Below are positions 1-9,680 of a stretch of 64,000 nucleotides of DNA, one piece after another (within the stretch, counting starts at the first letter, position 1; each line of letters starts with the position of its first letter). Both the position numbers and the translations under genes were made by a program. The notes beneath the pieces were generated by a model. That model made no database searches. It was not told the DNA's origin and worked only from the letters and a program-made list of their open reading frames with translations. The DNA is from Candidatus Latescibacterota bacterium (lineage in GTDB: Bacteria; Latescibacterota; UBA2968; UBA8231): the NCBI GenBank assembly GCA_965248265.1, contig CBDFJF010000002.1, positions 832,001 through 896,000 on the forward strand. The letters run 5' to 3'.

Positions 1-190
1 CACCCGTACCGTGCAAATTCGCCCATGCAGGATCCGTTGTCTGCGTGCCTGCGTCCGAATCCGGCACAGGGGCGCAGTATCGCAACGTTACAACGTCGGT
101 TGGCAGGCAATTCTGCAAGCAGCGATATTGATCGACCAGCAAGGCGCTCGAAACGAGCTCAGGCCACAACTCTATCAGAAATAAGCGTAT

Positions 191-1837
191 ATGACTGGTC
201 CCTCTGCCTATCCTCCACCCACTCGCCCGGTCGTGATGGGTACGGACGGTATGGTCTCTGCCGGCAACATGCTGGCGACGATGGCCGGAGTGCGGATGCT
301 GGCCGATGGTGGCAATGCCTTCGATGCGGCGGTCGCGGTGGGGACCACGCTCGGGGTCGTCGAGCCTTACCACTCAGGCCCTGGTGGGGTGGGTACCGCC
401 ATTGTTCGCCTGGCAGGTGAAAGCAAATCGAGGATTCTGGATTTCACGGGCAGGAGCCCGGGTGCCGCCGACCCTGAACGCTATACAGCAGAGATGAGAG
501 ATCTCGGAGTCCTGGCGCCTATGGTTCCCGGCAATGTCGCCGGCTGGCTCGAGTTGCACAGTAAGCACGGTGCGCTCGATCGGGAGCAGGTGTTCGGGCC
601 TGCCATCGACTACGCCGAGAACGGGTACCCGACTACCTATCAGAACAGCTCGGTGATTGATGAGTTCGCCGATCGCTTGCGGCCGTTTACCAGTTCGGTC
701 GAGGCGCTGTTGGAGGAGTCTTCGGGTCGAGCGTCCGCGCCCGGCACACGCCGCCGATGGCCGTTGATGGCGGCCTCGCTGCGGCTGATTGCTCAGCAAG
801 GTCGAGACGCCTTTTACACCGGTGAGCTGGCCGAGCGCATGGTAGGAGATGTTCAGAAGTTGGGGGGCATTCTGACCCTCGATGACTTCGCCCGGTACGA
901 AGCTGAGTGGCAGGATGCGCTCAGTGTCGACTACCGCGGCTACCAGGTCTTTGCGCCGCCATTGCCTTCGTGCGGTTTCCAACTCCTGCAGCATCTCAAG
1001 TTGATGGAGTGCTTCGATCCGAGTGAACTGGAATACCAGAGCGCGGACACCGTACACGCCACGGTCGAAGCGGCAAAGCTCTCCATCGCTGACCGCATCG
1101 CCCTGGCAGGAGACCCGGACTACATCGCGCCCCTGCCGCTTGAGAAGCTGCTCTCGTCTGAGTACGCGGCGCAGCAGAAGGAACGGATCGAAATGAACGC
1201 GGCAGCGGCGGTTGCTGGTGAGAGCTATGTCTCGGATCCACCCGCGGACGCGTTGATGCCGGGCAGCCGATCTAACGGAGGCAACACCACCCACTTCGAG
1301 GTAGCGGATCGCGACGGCAATGCCATCGGTATCACGCAGACGCTGGGAGGATACTTCGGATGCGCCGTCGCCGTGGGGGGTACCGGATTCTTCCTGAATA
1401 ACATGACGCTTTTTGCCGATTCGGATGAGTCAGCCCCAAACCGCTACGGACCAGGACGCAAGATTGCCACCGCACTGGGTCCGAGCCAGACCTTCAAGGA
1501 TGGTCGCTTCGTCCTGACACTGGGCATGCCGGGGGGCTGGGCTATCCTGCAGCGGACGGTGCAGATCATGCTCCACCTCATCGATTTCGGCATGGACGTG
1601 CAGCAGGCGATCGAGGCACCGCAGTTTCGCCAGTATGCCGGGCGCGATCTTCACTTTGAGGATCGCCTGCCGGTGCAGGTGCGGCGAGAACTCGAGGCCC
1701 GCGGTCACCAACTCACCAATCTGGAGTCGTGGTCGTTGCGGGTATCGGGTGCCCACGGAATTCTCGTCGACGAGGAGTCGGGCACCTACATGAGCGGCTG
1801 TTGCACCCGCCGCGAAGGGTACGCCATCGGCTTGTGA
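191..1837 (+). CDS. Gamma-glutamyltransferase (Ntn-hydrolase) family protein, copy 1
   Basis: GGNAFDAAVA...VVEPYHSGPGG, VPGNVAGW, nucleophile-Thr motif GGNTTHF, IEAPQFR; no signal peptide. Confidence 0.93.
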   Translation: MTGPSAYPPPTRPVVMGTDGMVSAGNMLATMAGVRMLADGGNAFDAAVAVGTTLGVVEPYHSGPGGVGTAIVRLAGESKSRILDFTGRSPGAADPERYTAEMRDLGVLAPMVPGNVAGWLELHSKHGALDREQVFGPAIDYAENGYPTTYQNSSVIDEFADRLRPFTSSVEALLEESSGRASAPGTRRRWPLMAASLRLIAQQGRDAFYTGELAERMVGDVQKLGGILTLDDFARYEAEWQDALSVDYRGYQVFAPPLPSCGFQLLQHLKLMECFDPSELEYQSADTVHATVEAAKLSIADRIALAGDPDYIAPLPLEKLLSSEYAAQQKERIEMNAAAAVAGESYVSDPPADALMPGSRSNGGNTTHFEVADRDGNAIGITQTLGGYFGCAVAVGGTGFFLNNMTLFADSDESAPNRYGPGRKIATALGPSQTFKDGRFVLTLGMPGGWAILQRTVQIMLHLIDFGMDVQQAIEAPQFRQYAGRDLHFEDRLPVQVRRELEARGHQLTNLESWSLRVSGAHGILVDEESGTYMSGCCTRREGYAIGL

Positions 1838-3480
1838 AAACCTGGAAGGATCATCCGCCTCCGAGCCGGCCTGTTGCCATGGGCGTCAATGGCATGGTCG
1901 CCGCGGCCCACCCGATGGCCTCTGCGGAAGGGGTTCGCGTACTGGCAGACGGGGGCAACGCCTTTGACGCAGCGGTAGCGACTGCGGCCACCCTCAATGT
2001 AGTAGAGCCCTACATGTCCGGAGTCGGCGGCATCGGCATCGCCCTGGTATACGTCGCCAACGAGGGTCGGGTGCGGGCTCTGAATTTCTCCGGCCGGGCG
2101 CCGCTGGCAGCCGAACCGGACCGCTTCACGGATGAAACGCAGAAAACCGGCCTGCTGGCACCCCTGGTTCCCGGCAACGTCGCGGGTTGGCTGGCGCTGC
2201 ACGAGGCGTATGGCAGCATGGAACGCCAGCGGTTGTTTGCACCGGCGATCGGCCACGCCGAGCGCGGGGTTCCCGTAACACACTGGAACAGCCAGATCAT
2301 GGCCACCAGCGTCGAACGGCTGTGTCAGTTTGAGTCTTCCGCGGCCATCATCCTGGACGCGGATGGCAATGCGCTCTCGCCAGGCAAGCGGCTCCCCATG
2401 CCTCAGCTGGCTCAATCGTTGCGGACGATCGCCCATGACGGAGCGGATTCCTTCTACCGCGGTGAGTTGGCGCAGCTGCTGGTCGATGGTGTCCGCAGCA
2501 TGGGTGGGTTGCTGACGGCAGATGACCTCGCCGACTACCAGGCCGAGTGGGAGGAACCGATCAGCACCCAGTACCGCGGTCACGAAGTCTTTGCCAATCC
2601 GCCCAATTCCTCGGCCTTCCAGGTTTTGCAGACGCTCAATTTGATTGAGGGCTTCGACCCACATGAGCTGACTTCACAGGATCCTCGGACGCTTCATCTG
2701 TTCATGGAATCGATGAAGCTGTGTATCACCGACCGCATTCAGTACGCCGGCGATCCCGATTATGTGCAGGCGCCGCTGGCGGCTCTGCTCTCCAAGAAAT
2801 ACGCGGCCAGTCAACGTGCTCGTATCGACGAAGCACGGGCGGCGGCCGTATCCGGTGAGCATTACAATCTGACTGTACCCCCGGATTCGCTCACATCGGG
2901 CAGTCTGGAGGACTTCGAAGGGGGTATGACGACGCACTTTGCGACGGCCGATCGAGACGGCAACGTCGTCACCGTGACGCAGACGTTGGGCGGCGCTTTC
3001 GGGTCAGCCGTGGCCATCGGCGATACCGGCATTTTTCTAAACAACATGGCCGGCTGGTTTGACCTCGAAGAGGGGAGTCCGAATCTCATCGGGCCGGGGA
3101 AGCGCGTTGATTTCTGCGTGGCACCCACGCAGACCTTCCGCGACGGCGAGTTCGTGCTCAGTGCCGGTACGCCTGGCAGTTGGGGCATCCTGCAGACGAC
3201 GCCGCAGATACTGTTGAATGTTCTAGAGTTCGGGATGAACCTGCAGCAAGCGATCGATGCGCCCAGGTTCAGGTGTTACGGGGGAACGCACGTCGCCATG
3301 GAGGAGCGTTTTCCGATCGAGACCCGGCGTGCCCTGACGGAACTCGGACACGAAGTGGAAGTGCTGGACCCGTGGTCGGCCACTCTCGGGGGTGCCCAGG
3401 CCCTCGCGGCTGACGCGCAACAGGGCGTGTTTCAGGGCGGTGCTGATCCCAGAAGAGACGGATTCGCCTTCGGTTTGTAA
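1834..3480 (+). CDS. Gamma-glutamyltransferase family protein, copy 2
   Basis: GTG start overlaps the TGA of copy 1 (GTGA at 1834-1837); GGNAFDAAVA, VPGNVAGW, GGMTTHF, C-terminal GGADPRRDG. Confidence 0.93.
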   Translation: MKTWKDHPPPSRPVAMGVNGMVAAAHPMASAEGVRVLADGGNAFDAAVATAATLNVVEPYMSGVGGIGIALVYVANEGRVRALNFSGRAPLAAEPDRFTDETQKTGLLAPLVPGNVAGWLALHEAYGSMERQRLFAPAIGHAERGVPVTHWNSQIMATSVERLCQFESSAAIILDADGNALSPGKRLPMPQLAQSLRTIAHDGADSFYRGELAQLLVDGVRSMGGLLTADDLADYQAEWEEPISTQYRGHEVFANPPNSSAFQVLQTLNLIEGFDPHELTSQDPRTLHLFMESMKLCITDRIQYAGDPDYVQAPLAALLSKKYAASQRARIDEARAAAVSGEHYNLTVPPDSLTSGSLEDFEGGMTTHFATADRDGNVVTVTQTLGGAFGSAVAIGDTGIFLNNMAGWFDLEEGSPNLIGPGKRVDFCVAPTQTFRDGEFVLSAGTPGSWGILQTTPQILLNVLEFGMNLQQAIDAPRFRCYGGTHVAMEERFPIETRRALTELGHEVEVLDPWSATLGGAQALAADAQQGVFQGGADPRRDGFAFGL

Positions 3481-3488
3481 GGAGACAG

Positions 3489-5513
3489 TTATAGCACTGT
3501 TTCCTTACCCGCCGCCATCGCCTGTCGCAACATCTGGCTGACAATGCTGTCCGCATCATGCTGCTCGAAGTAGGCGACGTCCGCTACAATCACCAGCTTT
3601 CCGCGCGCCCTCGAGATGCTGACGTTGATGAGGTTGCGGGCCGAAGATCCTGGTCCCTTGCCGGCCAGCAGCACGCCTGGAGGCAGTGGCGCGGCATCCA
3701 CGGTGTCGAGGATGACCATGTCCCGCTCTCCGCCCTGAAAACGGTGCACGGTCCGGCTCTCGACCCGTTCATCCAGATTCCGGTCAGCGGAGAGCAAGCG
3801 CCTGATCAACCGTGATTGTTCGGTATACGGGGTGATGATGGCGACGGATTCGATTCCGTCAGAAACGGCTTCCTGCGCCAATTCCACGCAGGTCTGCGCT
3901 GTCATTTCATTGTAGCGGGAATAGCTTCCATCGGGTGTGGCACATTGCGTCTGGCCGTGGGTATCCACGACGACGAGCGGCTGGCCCGGGTGCGGAGCGT
4001 GGGCGGCGATGTGCTCAGTCTCAACAGTACTGCCGCCATGCTGCAGCCGGCCTTCGTAAAACAACCCACCCACCAAATCGCCGATCCTTGGGTTCATCCG
4101 GTACTGAGTATCCAACATCACAACCAACTCACTGTCGTGAGGCTGTGGTACTGTAACGGCAAAGATGCTGCGGCCCATGGCCCGATAGACGTAGGGCTCT
4201 CTCGACTGAACGATTGGCGGCAACTGCTGCGGGTCGCCGACCATGACGGCACCCTGCCCCAACGCGGCGCAATAAAACAGCGATGGCAGCACGGCCATGC
4301 CCGCCTCCTCGACGATGACGACGTCGAAACGCTGTGGTGCCATCAGACTGCTGATGTAGACATTCGTCATGGTCGCGAAGACGACACAGGCGCCATCGAC
4401 GGCGCCTGCTTCCCGCTTGATCAGCTCGCCTCGCAAATCCCGGGCTCTCTGCGCGCAAAGATCGCGGCAACGTTGCAGCCGGTCTCGCCGGTGGGTGACT
4501 ACCATGATCTGTTGGTCGATTTCTTGCGTGGTCAGCTGCAGTGCACGTTTCGCCGAAAACACTGACGCGAGGCTGCCTTCATCAAGAACAGATGCCGGAG
4601 CATCGCCGAACAGTCCCAGCTGATTGGTCGGGGTCGCGCCGTCGAGTTCAACAAGAAGCTCATCACACTTGGTCAGGAGTTGGCGCACTTCCAGTTGGCG
4701 TTCTTCTAGGAGAAGGAGACGAGATCGCAGGCGCGTGTTCAGTCGCTCGACTACCTCGCGGATGCTGGCTCCATGAGTCTCACCCTGCGCTTGCCCGAGT
4801 CGCACAACTTCTCCCCGATCCAGCGCTTCCTTCCCCGGGTCTAACTCGACGAGCTTGGCGAGGGCTTGATCGATCGCGGCGTGCGTCGTCGAGGTGACGA
4901 GGATTCTCTTGCTCTGCTGCAGCAAGGCGGTGATGATATGCCCGAGGGTCGTCGTCTTACCCGTGCCTGGCGGCCCCAACACGAAGGCGGGTGTGCGCTG
5001 GCAACTCAGCTCAATCGCCTGGAGTTGGCTGTCATTGAGTGGAGTATCATCGATTACCGTGATCGTCGGAGCCTCGGGGAGTGACCGAGACGGGAGCTTT
5101 CCGAACAACTCCAGCGCGGTGTCGGTGCGAAAGCTGTCCCCATCGATCAGTAACTGCAGGGCCGCTTTCAATTTCTCATACAGAAACCACGGATAGATGA
5201 CCAACGTCACAGGACCAGCATCGAAATCTATCTCGCGATCACAACGCACAACGATCTGGTCCTTGTCGATGCCGGTAATCTCGACCAGATGCTCACCGCC
5301 GTTGCCGGTGATCAGGCTGCACTCCCCTCCCAGCGTCAGCTTGTCGTTGGCTTGCAGTACCTTGAACTGGTATAGGCGCCGGCCATTTTCATCCGGGTCA
5401 TCGAGCTGGCCACCTTGACCAAGCGGCACCTCAAAGGGTCCCATGCGGGCACGCATGGCATCCATCTCCATGGACACGGCCTTTTTGAAGCTATCGATGA
5501 ACCGCGTGAGCAT
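3489..5513 (-). CDS. Superfamily 1 helicase (Upf1/DNA2/NAM7-like, AAA_11/AAA_12)
   Basis: LNDSQ, GPPGTGKTT, VEEAGM, VGDPQQLPP, QYRM, IITPY, TVHRFQGGERD, NVSISRAR motifs. Confidence 0.92.
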   Translation of the reverse strand: MLTRFIDSFKKAVSMEMDAMRARMGPFEVPLGQGGQLDDPDENGRRLYQFKVLQANDKLTLGGECSLITGNGGEHLVEITGIDKDQIVVRCDREIDFDAGPVTLVIYPWFLYEKLKAALQLLIDGDSFRTDTALELFGKLPSRSLPEAPTITVIDDTPLNDSQLQAIELSCQRTPAFVLGPPGTGKTTTLGHIITALLQQSKRILVTSTTHAAIDQALAKLVELDPGKEALDRGEVVRLGQAQGETHGASIREVVERLNTRLRSRLLLLEERQLEVRQLLTKCDELLVELDGATPTNQLGLFGDAPASVLDEGSLASVFSAKRALQLTTQEIDQQIMVVTHRRDRLQRCRDLCAQRARDLRGELIKREAGAVDGACVVFATMTNVYISSLMAPQRFDVVIVEEAGMAVLPSLFYCAALGQGAVMVGDPQQLPPIVQSREPYVYRAMGRSIFAVTVPQPHDSELVVMLDTQYRMNPRIGDLVGGLFYEGRLQHGGSTVETEHIAAHAPHPGQPLVVVDTHGQTQCATPDGSYSRYNEMTAQTCVELAQEAVSDGIESVAIITPYTEQSRLIRRLLSADRNLDERVESRTVHRFQGGERDMVILDTVDAAPLPPGVLLAGKGPGSSARNLINVSISRARGKLVIVADVAYFEQHDADSIVSQMLRQAMAAGKETVL

Positions 5514-5522
5514 GGTGTGAGG

Positions 5523-6821
5523 TCAATCGCCAGTCGGCGGCTCTCCGGGAGGTCTGCAAAACAACAGGCAGGCGATTCCGAGGGTGAAGGGTAAGGCAGC
5601 GAAGCCGATGAGGACCGTTGAGTAGCTGCCCAACAGGTCGCGGGCAATGCCGAGGGGCATGGGGCCGAGGGCGGAGCCGGCTATCCCAATGGTCGCGGCC
5701 AGACCCGCAATACTGCCAAGGTGTTGGCGGCCGAAGTAGTTGGCGTAGACGACGCTGATGACGAGCGTCTCGATGCCACCCTGCACACCCATGACGACGC
5801 CGAAGCCGTACGCCATCTTCGCCGAACTCAAGGTGGTGGCCATGATCAGAATCAACGCGTTGAGAAACAACGCCAACGCCTGCAGCACGTGAAGAGGCAC
5901 CCGGCCTACGGCTATGCCGCTGGCCAATTGCATTGCCGCCCCGGTTGCCGCGATAGGAAGGAAGACAGAGGCCGCCACCGTCTTGGAAAGGCCGCTGTCG
6001 GCGAAAATGCTGAAGAGGTGGAAGGACAGGCCGGTGTTGAACATGCTCATGATGACCGCGCCGACCGTCAACAGCCAGAACGCGGAAGTTCTGGTAGCCT
6101 GAGCAAGGGTCCAGTTCGCTTCGAGGGGTTGCTGGGGCCGGTCGTCTGAGTCATCTGACTGAGTGACGCCATCAGGCAGCAGGCCGTGGTCCTCGGGTCG
6201 GTCGCGAGTGAATATCCAGCCGATAGGTAACATGAACAGGATAAGCGCCGCACCCAGGATGATATAAGTCATGCGCCAGCCATAGATGGGAATCATCGAG
6301 TTGATCATGTAGGGAAAGAGGCCGCCCAACAGGGCTCCGGCGACGCCGGAGATTCCCATGACCACGCCGCGGCGGCGCACCCACCAGAGGTTGATGACGT
6401 TCTTGCTGACCAGGCTCAGGCTACCCTGTCCGAACTGGCGCATCATGAAGAAGCCGATGCCGAGCATGAGGGCACCTTGCACGAAGCCCATGTAGATGCA
6501 GGCCAAGCCCAGCAGCAGGCTCATTAGGGTGATCATGACGCGTGCGCCGCGTTTATCGAACTGGCGGCCGACGAACGGCAGGATGAAGCTGGCTGTGAGA
6601 GTGCCGGCGGTGTAGAGGGTGCTGACCAGGGATCGGCTGAGTTCCAGGTCCTCGATGAAATAGTCAAGGAAGGTCGAGAACACATACGTCTGACCGGGGC
6701 TGGTCATGACGCCGCCCAACGATCCGACGATGACGATGACCCAGCCGTAGTAGACGGGTGAGGCGGAGACGAGGCGGCTGGCGCGGGTGGCGTAGCGGAT
6801 GACTGGCCCTCCAGAGAGCAC
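5523..6821 (-). CDS. MFS transporter
   Basis: About 12 hydrophobic segments, GRQFDKRGAR motif A, YYGWVIV start, YFGRQHLGSI. Confidence 0.9.
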   Translation of the reverse strand: MLSGGPVIRYATRASRLVSASPVYYGWVIVIVGSLGGVMTSPGQTYVFSTFLDYFIEDLELSRSLVSTLYTAGTLTASFILPFVGRQFDKRGARVMITLMSLLLGLACIYMGFVQGALMLGIGFFMMRQFGQGSLSLVSKNVINLWWVRRRGVVMGISGVAGALLGGLFPYMINSMIPIYGWRMTYIILGAALILFMLPIGWIFTRDRPEDHGLLPDGVTQSDDSDDRPQQPLEANWTLAQATRTSAFWLLTVGAVIMSMFNTGLSFHLFSIFADSGLSKTVAASVFLPIAATGAAMQLASGIAVGRVPLHVLQALALFLNALILIMATTLSSAKMAYGFGVVMGVQGGIETLVISVVYANYFGRQHLGSIAGLAATIGIAGSALGPMPLGIARDLLGSYSTVLIGFAALPFTLGIACLLFCRPPGEPPTGD

Positions 6822-6988
6822 CTCGGGAAAGCGCCCGATGCGCGACTATCCAGCCGAGCCGCTCATGCGAGGGCCAACCAAGAGTCAGCGGCAAAGATAA
6901 GTACGTTGTGCCGAGAGCCGCCCGTGGCGTTCAACCGGTGAACCCATTCCGGTTATGATGACGGCTCGAATCGACGTATTTTGCCGAC

Positions 6989-8329
6989 ATGGGTACTCCA
7001 CGACACAAAGTCGTCATCCTCGGAGGAGGCTTCGGAGGGCTGTACGCGGCCAAGCAGCTAGGTGGACGGCGGGGGATCGATGTGACGGTAGTCGATCGGC
7101 GCAACTTCCATCTTTTCCAACCACTCCTCTACCAGGTCGCTACCGGAGGCCTTTCCCCAGGTGATATCGCTTCTCCGATCAGGGCGGTGCTGGCCCGGCA
7201 TGCCAACATCCGCGTGCTGACTGGCCACGCGAGCGGTTGCGATCTTGCCGGAAAGCGGCTGATTCTGAAGGACGGTGAGGTACCCTACGATACCCTGGTC
7301 GTCGCCGCCGGCGCACGCTATCACTACTTCGGCAATGATGCCTGGGCGTCCCACGCGCCGGGGTTGAAGACGATTGAGGATGCGCTCGAGATCCGGCGAC
7401 GGGTGTTCATGGCCTTCGAAGCTGCCGAACGCGAAACAGATGCCGATCGGCGTACCGCCTGGATGAGGTTCGCAATCGTGGGTGGTGGGCCAACCGGAGT
7501 TGAGCTCGCCGGGGCAGTCGCCGAGCTGTGTCACAGTACGCTCAAGGGTGATTTTCGCGCCATCGACACACGCGATGCCGAAGTGGTCTTGCTGGAGGGA
7601 ACGGTCCGCGTTCTGCCTCCCTATCCCGAACGGTTGTCAGCGAAAGCCAAGACTGCGCTCGAACGGCTCGGGGTGTCCGTGCTCACGAACGCGATGGTGA
7701 CGGAAATCGATGAGGACGGAGTGTCATACCGGATGGAGGAAGAAGAGGTGCGGATGCTCGCACGAACGAAGCTGTGGGCGGTTGGGGTCAGTGCCTCGGA
7801 GTTCGCTCAGGTCCTGGCGGATGGTACGGGTGCATCAACGGATCGAGGTGGCCGCATCGTCGTTAACGAGGACCTGACCATACCCGGTTATCCGGAGATT
7901 TTCGCGATCGGCGACCTTGCCAGTGTTGCAGGGCCGTCCGGCGAGCCGCTGCCCGGCGTTGCCCCCGTGGCAATGCAACAAGGCCGTTTCGTGGCGCGGG
8001 CGATTCGCGCCAGGTCAGCAGGCCGGGTGCCCGGCCTGTTCAGGTACGCGGACAAAGGCAGTCTGGCCGTTATCGGTCGCAACGCGGCTGTCGCCTATTT
8101 CGGCCGATTCGGCATCAGCGGGTTCCCGGCGTGGTTGACCTGGGTGTTCATCCACATCGCCTATCTCATCGAGTTCGACAACAAAGTGTTGGTGATCTTT
8201 CAGTGGGGGTGGAACTACCTGACCCGGAAGCGCGGCACGCGCCTGATAACAGGTGATGAAATTCTTCCAGTGCCCGACTCGGGTACGGATTTGCAGGACC
8301 TGACCAATGACAGAAAGGACCAATCATGA
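6989..8329 (+). CDS. ndh: Type II NADH dehydrogenase (NDH-2)
   Basis: GGGFGG FAD motif, FQPLLYQVATG, VGGGPTGVELAG, FAIGD, APVAMQQG, YADKGSLAVIGR. Confidence 0.92.
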   Translation: MGTPRHKVVILGGGFGGLYAAKQLGGRRGIDVTVVDRRNFHLFQPLLYQVATGGLSPGDIASPIRAVLARHANIRVLTGHASGCDLAGKRLILKDGEVPYDTLVVAAGARYHYFGNDAWASHAPGLKTIEDALEIRRRVFMAFEAAERETDADRRTAWMRFAIVGGGPTGVELAGAVAELCHSTLKGDFRAIDTRDAEVVLLEGTVRVLPPYPERLSAKAKTALERLGVSVLTNAMVTEIDEDGVSYRMEEEEVRMLARTKLWAVGVSASEFAQVLADGTGASTDRGGRIVVNEDLTIPGYPEIFAIGDLASVAGPSGEPLPGVAPVAMQQGRFVARAIRARSAGRVPGLFRYADKGSLAVIGRNAAVAYFGRFGISGFPAWLTWVFIHIAYLIEFDNKVLVIFQWGWNYLTRKRGTRLITGDEILPVPDSGTDLQDLTNDRKDQS

Positions 8330-8343
8330 CAATGGCGGTGGAC

Positions 8344-8477
8344 ATAGCCTTTCTCGGTACATAGTCGGGCAGACCTACACCATCGACGGTGGACAGATGA
8401 GCAACCTGTACGAAACGGGATCCTTCAAGGAACGAAGGTCCGAGCGCTTCGGAAAGGGGTACGTGGAGGGGATATAA
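8344..8477 (+). pseudogene. C-terminal remnant of a short-chain dehydrogenase/reductase
   Basis: Frame from 8358 reads YIVGQTYTIDGGQMSN...GKGYVEGI*, preceded out of frame by IAFL; resembles the SDR C-terminal FL...YITGQ...DGG motif. Confidence 0.6.
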
Positions 8478-8557
8478 GAGCGCTGGAAGCAGCCGGTTGG
8501 GAGACGGCTGCCTATTTCGTCGCACTCTGGGGCTCGTCCGCCGGCCGCTTTTTGAGC

Positions 8558-8586
8558 TTGCCGTAACTGCTTCCAGTTCAGATACT
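8558..8586 (+). promoter_or_regulatory. Candidate sigma70 promoter for the aldolase/ilvC-like operon
   Basis: TTGCCG-17 nt-GATACT about 100 nt upstream of the ATG at 8685. Confidence 0.4.
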
Positions 8587-8684
8587 TATTAGCTCTTCCC
8601 CAGAATTTCAGAATGGGGACGCCGTCGAGGGAACACCGGCGGGAACATGAATGATACGATTGAATTCAATACGGGAGTGGCCTG

Positions 8685-9677
8685 ATGAGTGAAGACACAC
8701 AACGTGAGCCGGTAGCTGAGTGGTTGTCATACCGCGAGGAGATTCGCGTTCTGGATTGCACGATCCGGGATGGCGGGTTGATGAATAACAGCAAGTTCAG
8801 CGACGAAGTCGTCCGCGGCGTGTACGACGCCTGTGTCGCCGGTGGCGTTGACTACATGGAGATGGGGTACATCAACTCGCTGGAACAGTTCCCGCCAAAG
8901 GAATACGGTCCGTGGCGCCACTGCAAGGAAGAGGACATGAGGCGAATCGTCGGCGACAACGACACGCCGTTGAAGCTGATGGCGATGGCGGATGCCGAGA
9001 AGAGTGACTACAAGACGGACATTCTTCCGGCAGAGCAAAGTGTCCTCGACATGATTCGAGTAGCCACATACATCCACCAGATCCCACTGGCACTGGACAT
9101 GATCAAGGACGCTAACGACAAGGGGTATGAGACGACGCTGAATCTGATGGCCGTGTCCACGGTACCAGAGAGCGAGGTCGATGAGGCGCTGGCGCTGTTG
9201 GCCAAATCGGAAACGCAGGCGGTCTATGTCGTGGACAGTTTCGGCTCGCTCTACATGGAGCAGGTTGACGCGCTCGTGGGCAAGTTTCTCGGTTACATGA
9301 AAAGTGCCGGTATCGAAGTCGGTATACACTGCCACAACAACCAGCAACTGGCTTTCGCCAACACCATCCAAGGGATCGTCAAAGGTGCCAACATGCTGGA
9401 TGCCAGCATGGCGGGATTGGGTCGCGGTGCCGGCAACTGTCAGCTGGAGCTGCTGATCGGTTTTCTGCACAATCCCAAGTACCGCCTGCGTCCGGTGCTG
9501 GAGTGCATTCAGGAGCACATCGAGCCGATGCGGGAGAAGCTGGGTTGGGGCTACGACTATCCCTACATGATCACGGGCAACCTGAACGAGCATCCACGCT
9601 CGGGGATGGCCTACAACGAGTCAAAGGACAGGGGGGACATCGTCAAGTTCTACGATCAGATGACGGAAGAGGACTGA
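8685..9677 (+). CDS. DRE-TIM metallolyase (HMGL-like; 4-hydroxy-2-oxovalerate aldolase-like)
   Basis: LDCTIRDGG, VVDSFGS, GIHCHNNQQLAFAN, GLGRGAGNC. Confidence 0.88.
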   Translation: MSEDTQREPVAEWLSYREEIRVLDCTIRDGGLMNNSKFSDEVVRGVYDACVAGGVDYMEMGYINSLEQFPPKEYGPWRHCKEEDMRRIVGDNDTPLKLMAMADAEKSDYKTDILPAEQSVLDMIRVATYIHQIPLALDMIKDANDKGYETTLNLMAVSTVPESEVDEALALLAKSETQAVYVVDSFGSLYMEQVDALVGKFLGYMKSAGIEVGIHCHNNQQLAFANTIQGIVKGANMLDASMAGLGRGAGNCQLELLIGFLHNPKYRLRPVLECIQEHIEPMREKLGWGYDYPYMITGNLNEHPRSGMAYNESKDRGDIVKFYDQMTEED

Positions 9678-9680
9678 CGG

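Noticed and set aside
374-2664. Long antisense ORFs (e.g. 374-1294, 1786-2664; likewise 16079-17188, 21643-22689, 35225-36178)
   Set aside because: They lie opposite well-supported genes and lack motifs; shadow ORFs are expected at high GC.
3489-5513. Helicase as part of an anti-phage defence system
   Set aside because: No nuclease domain or neighbouring defence genes; flanked by metabolic genes.
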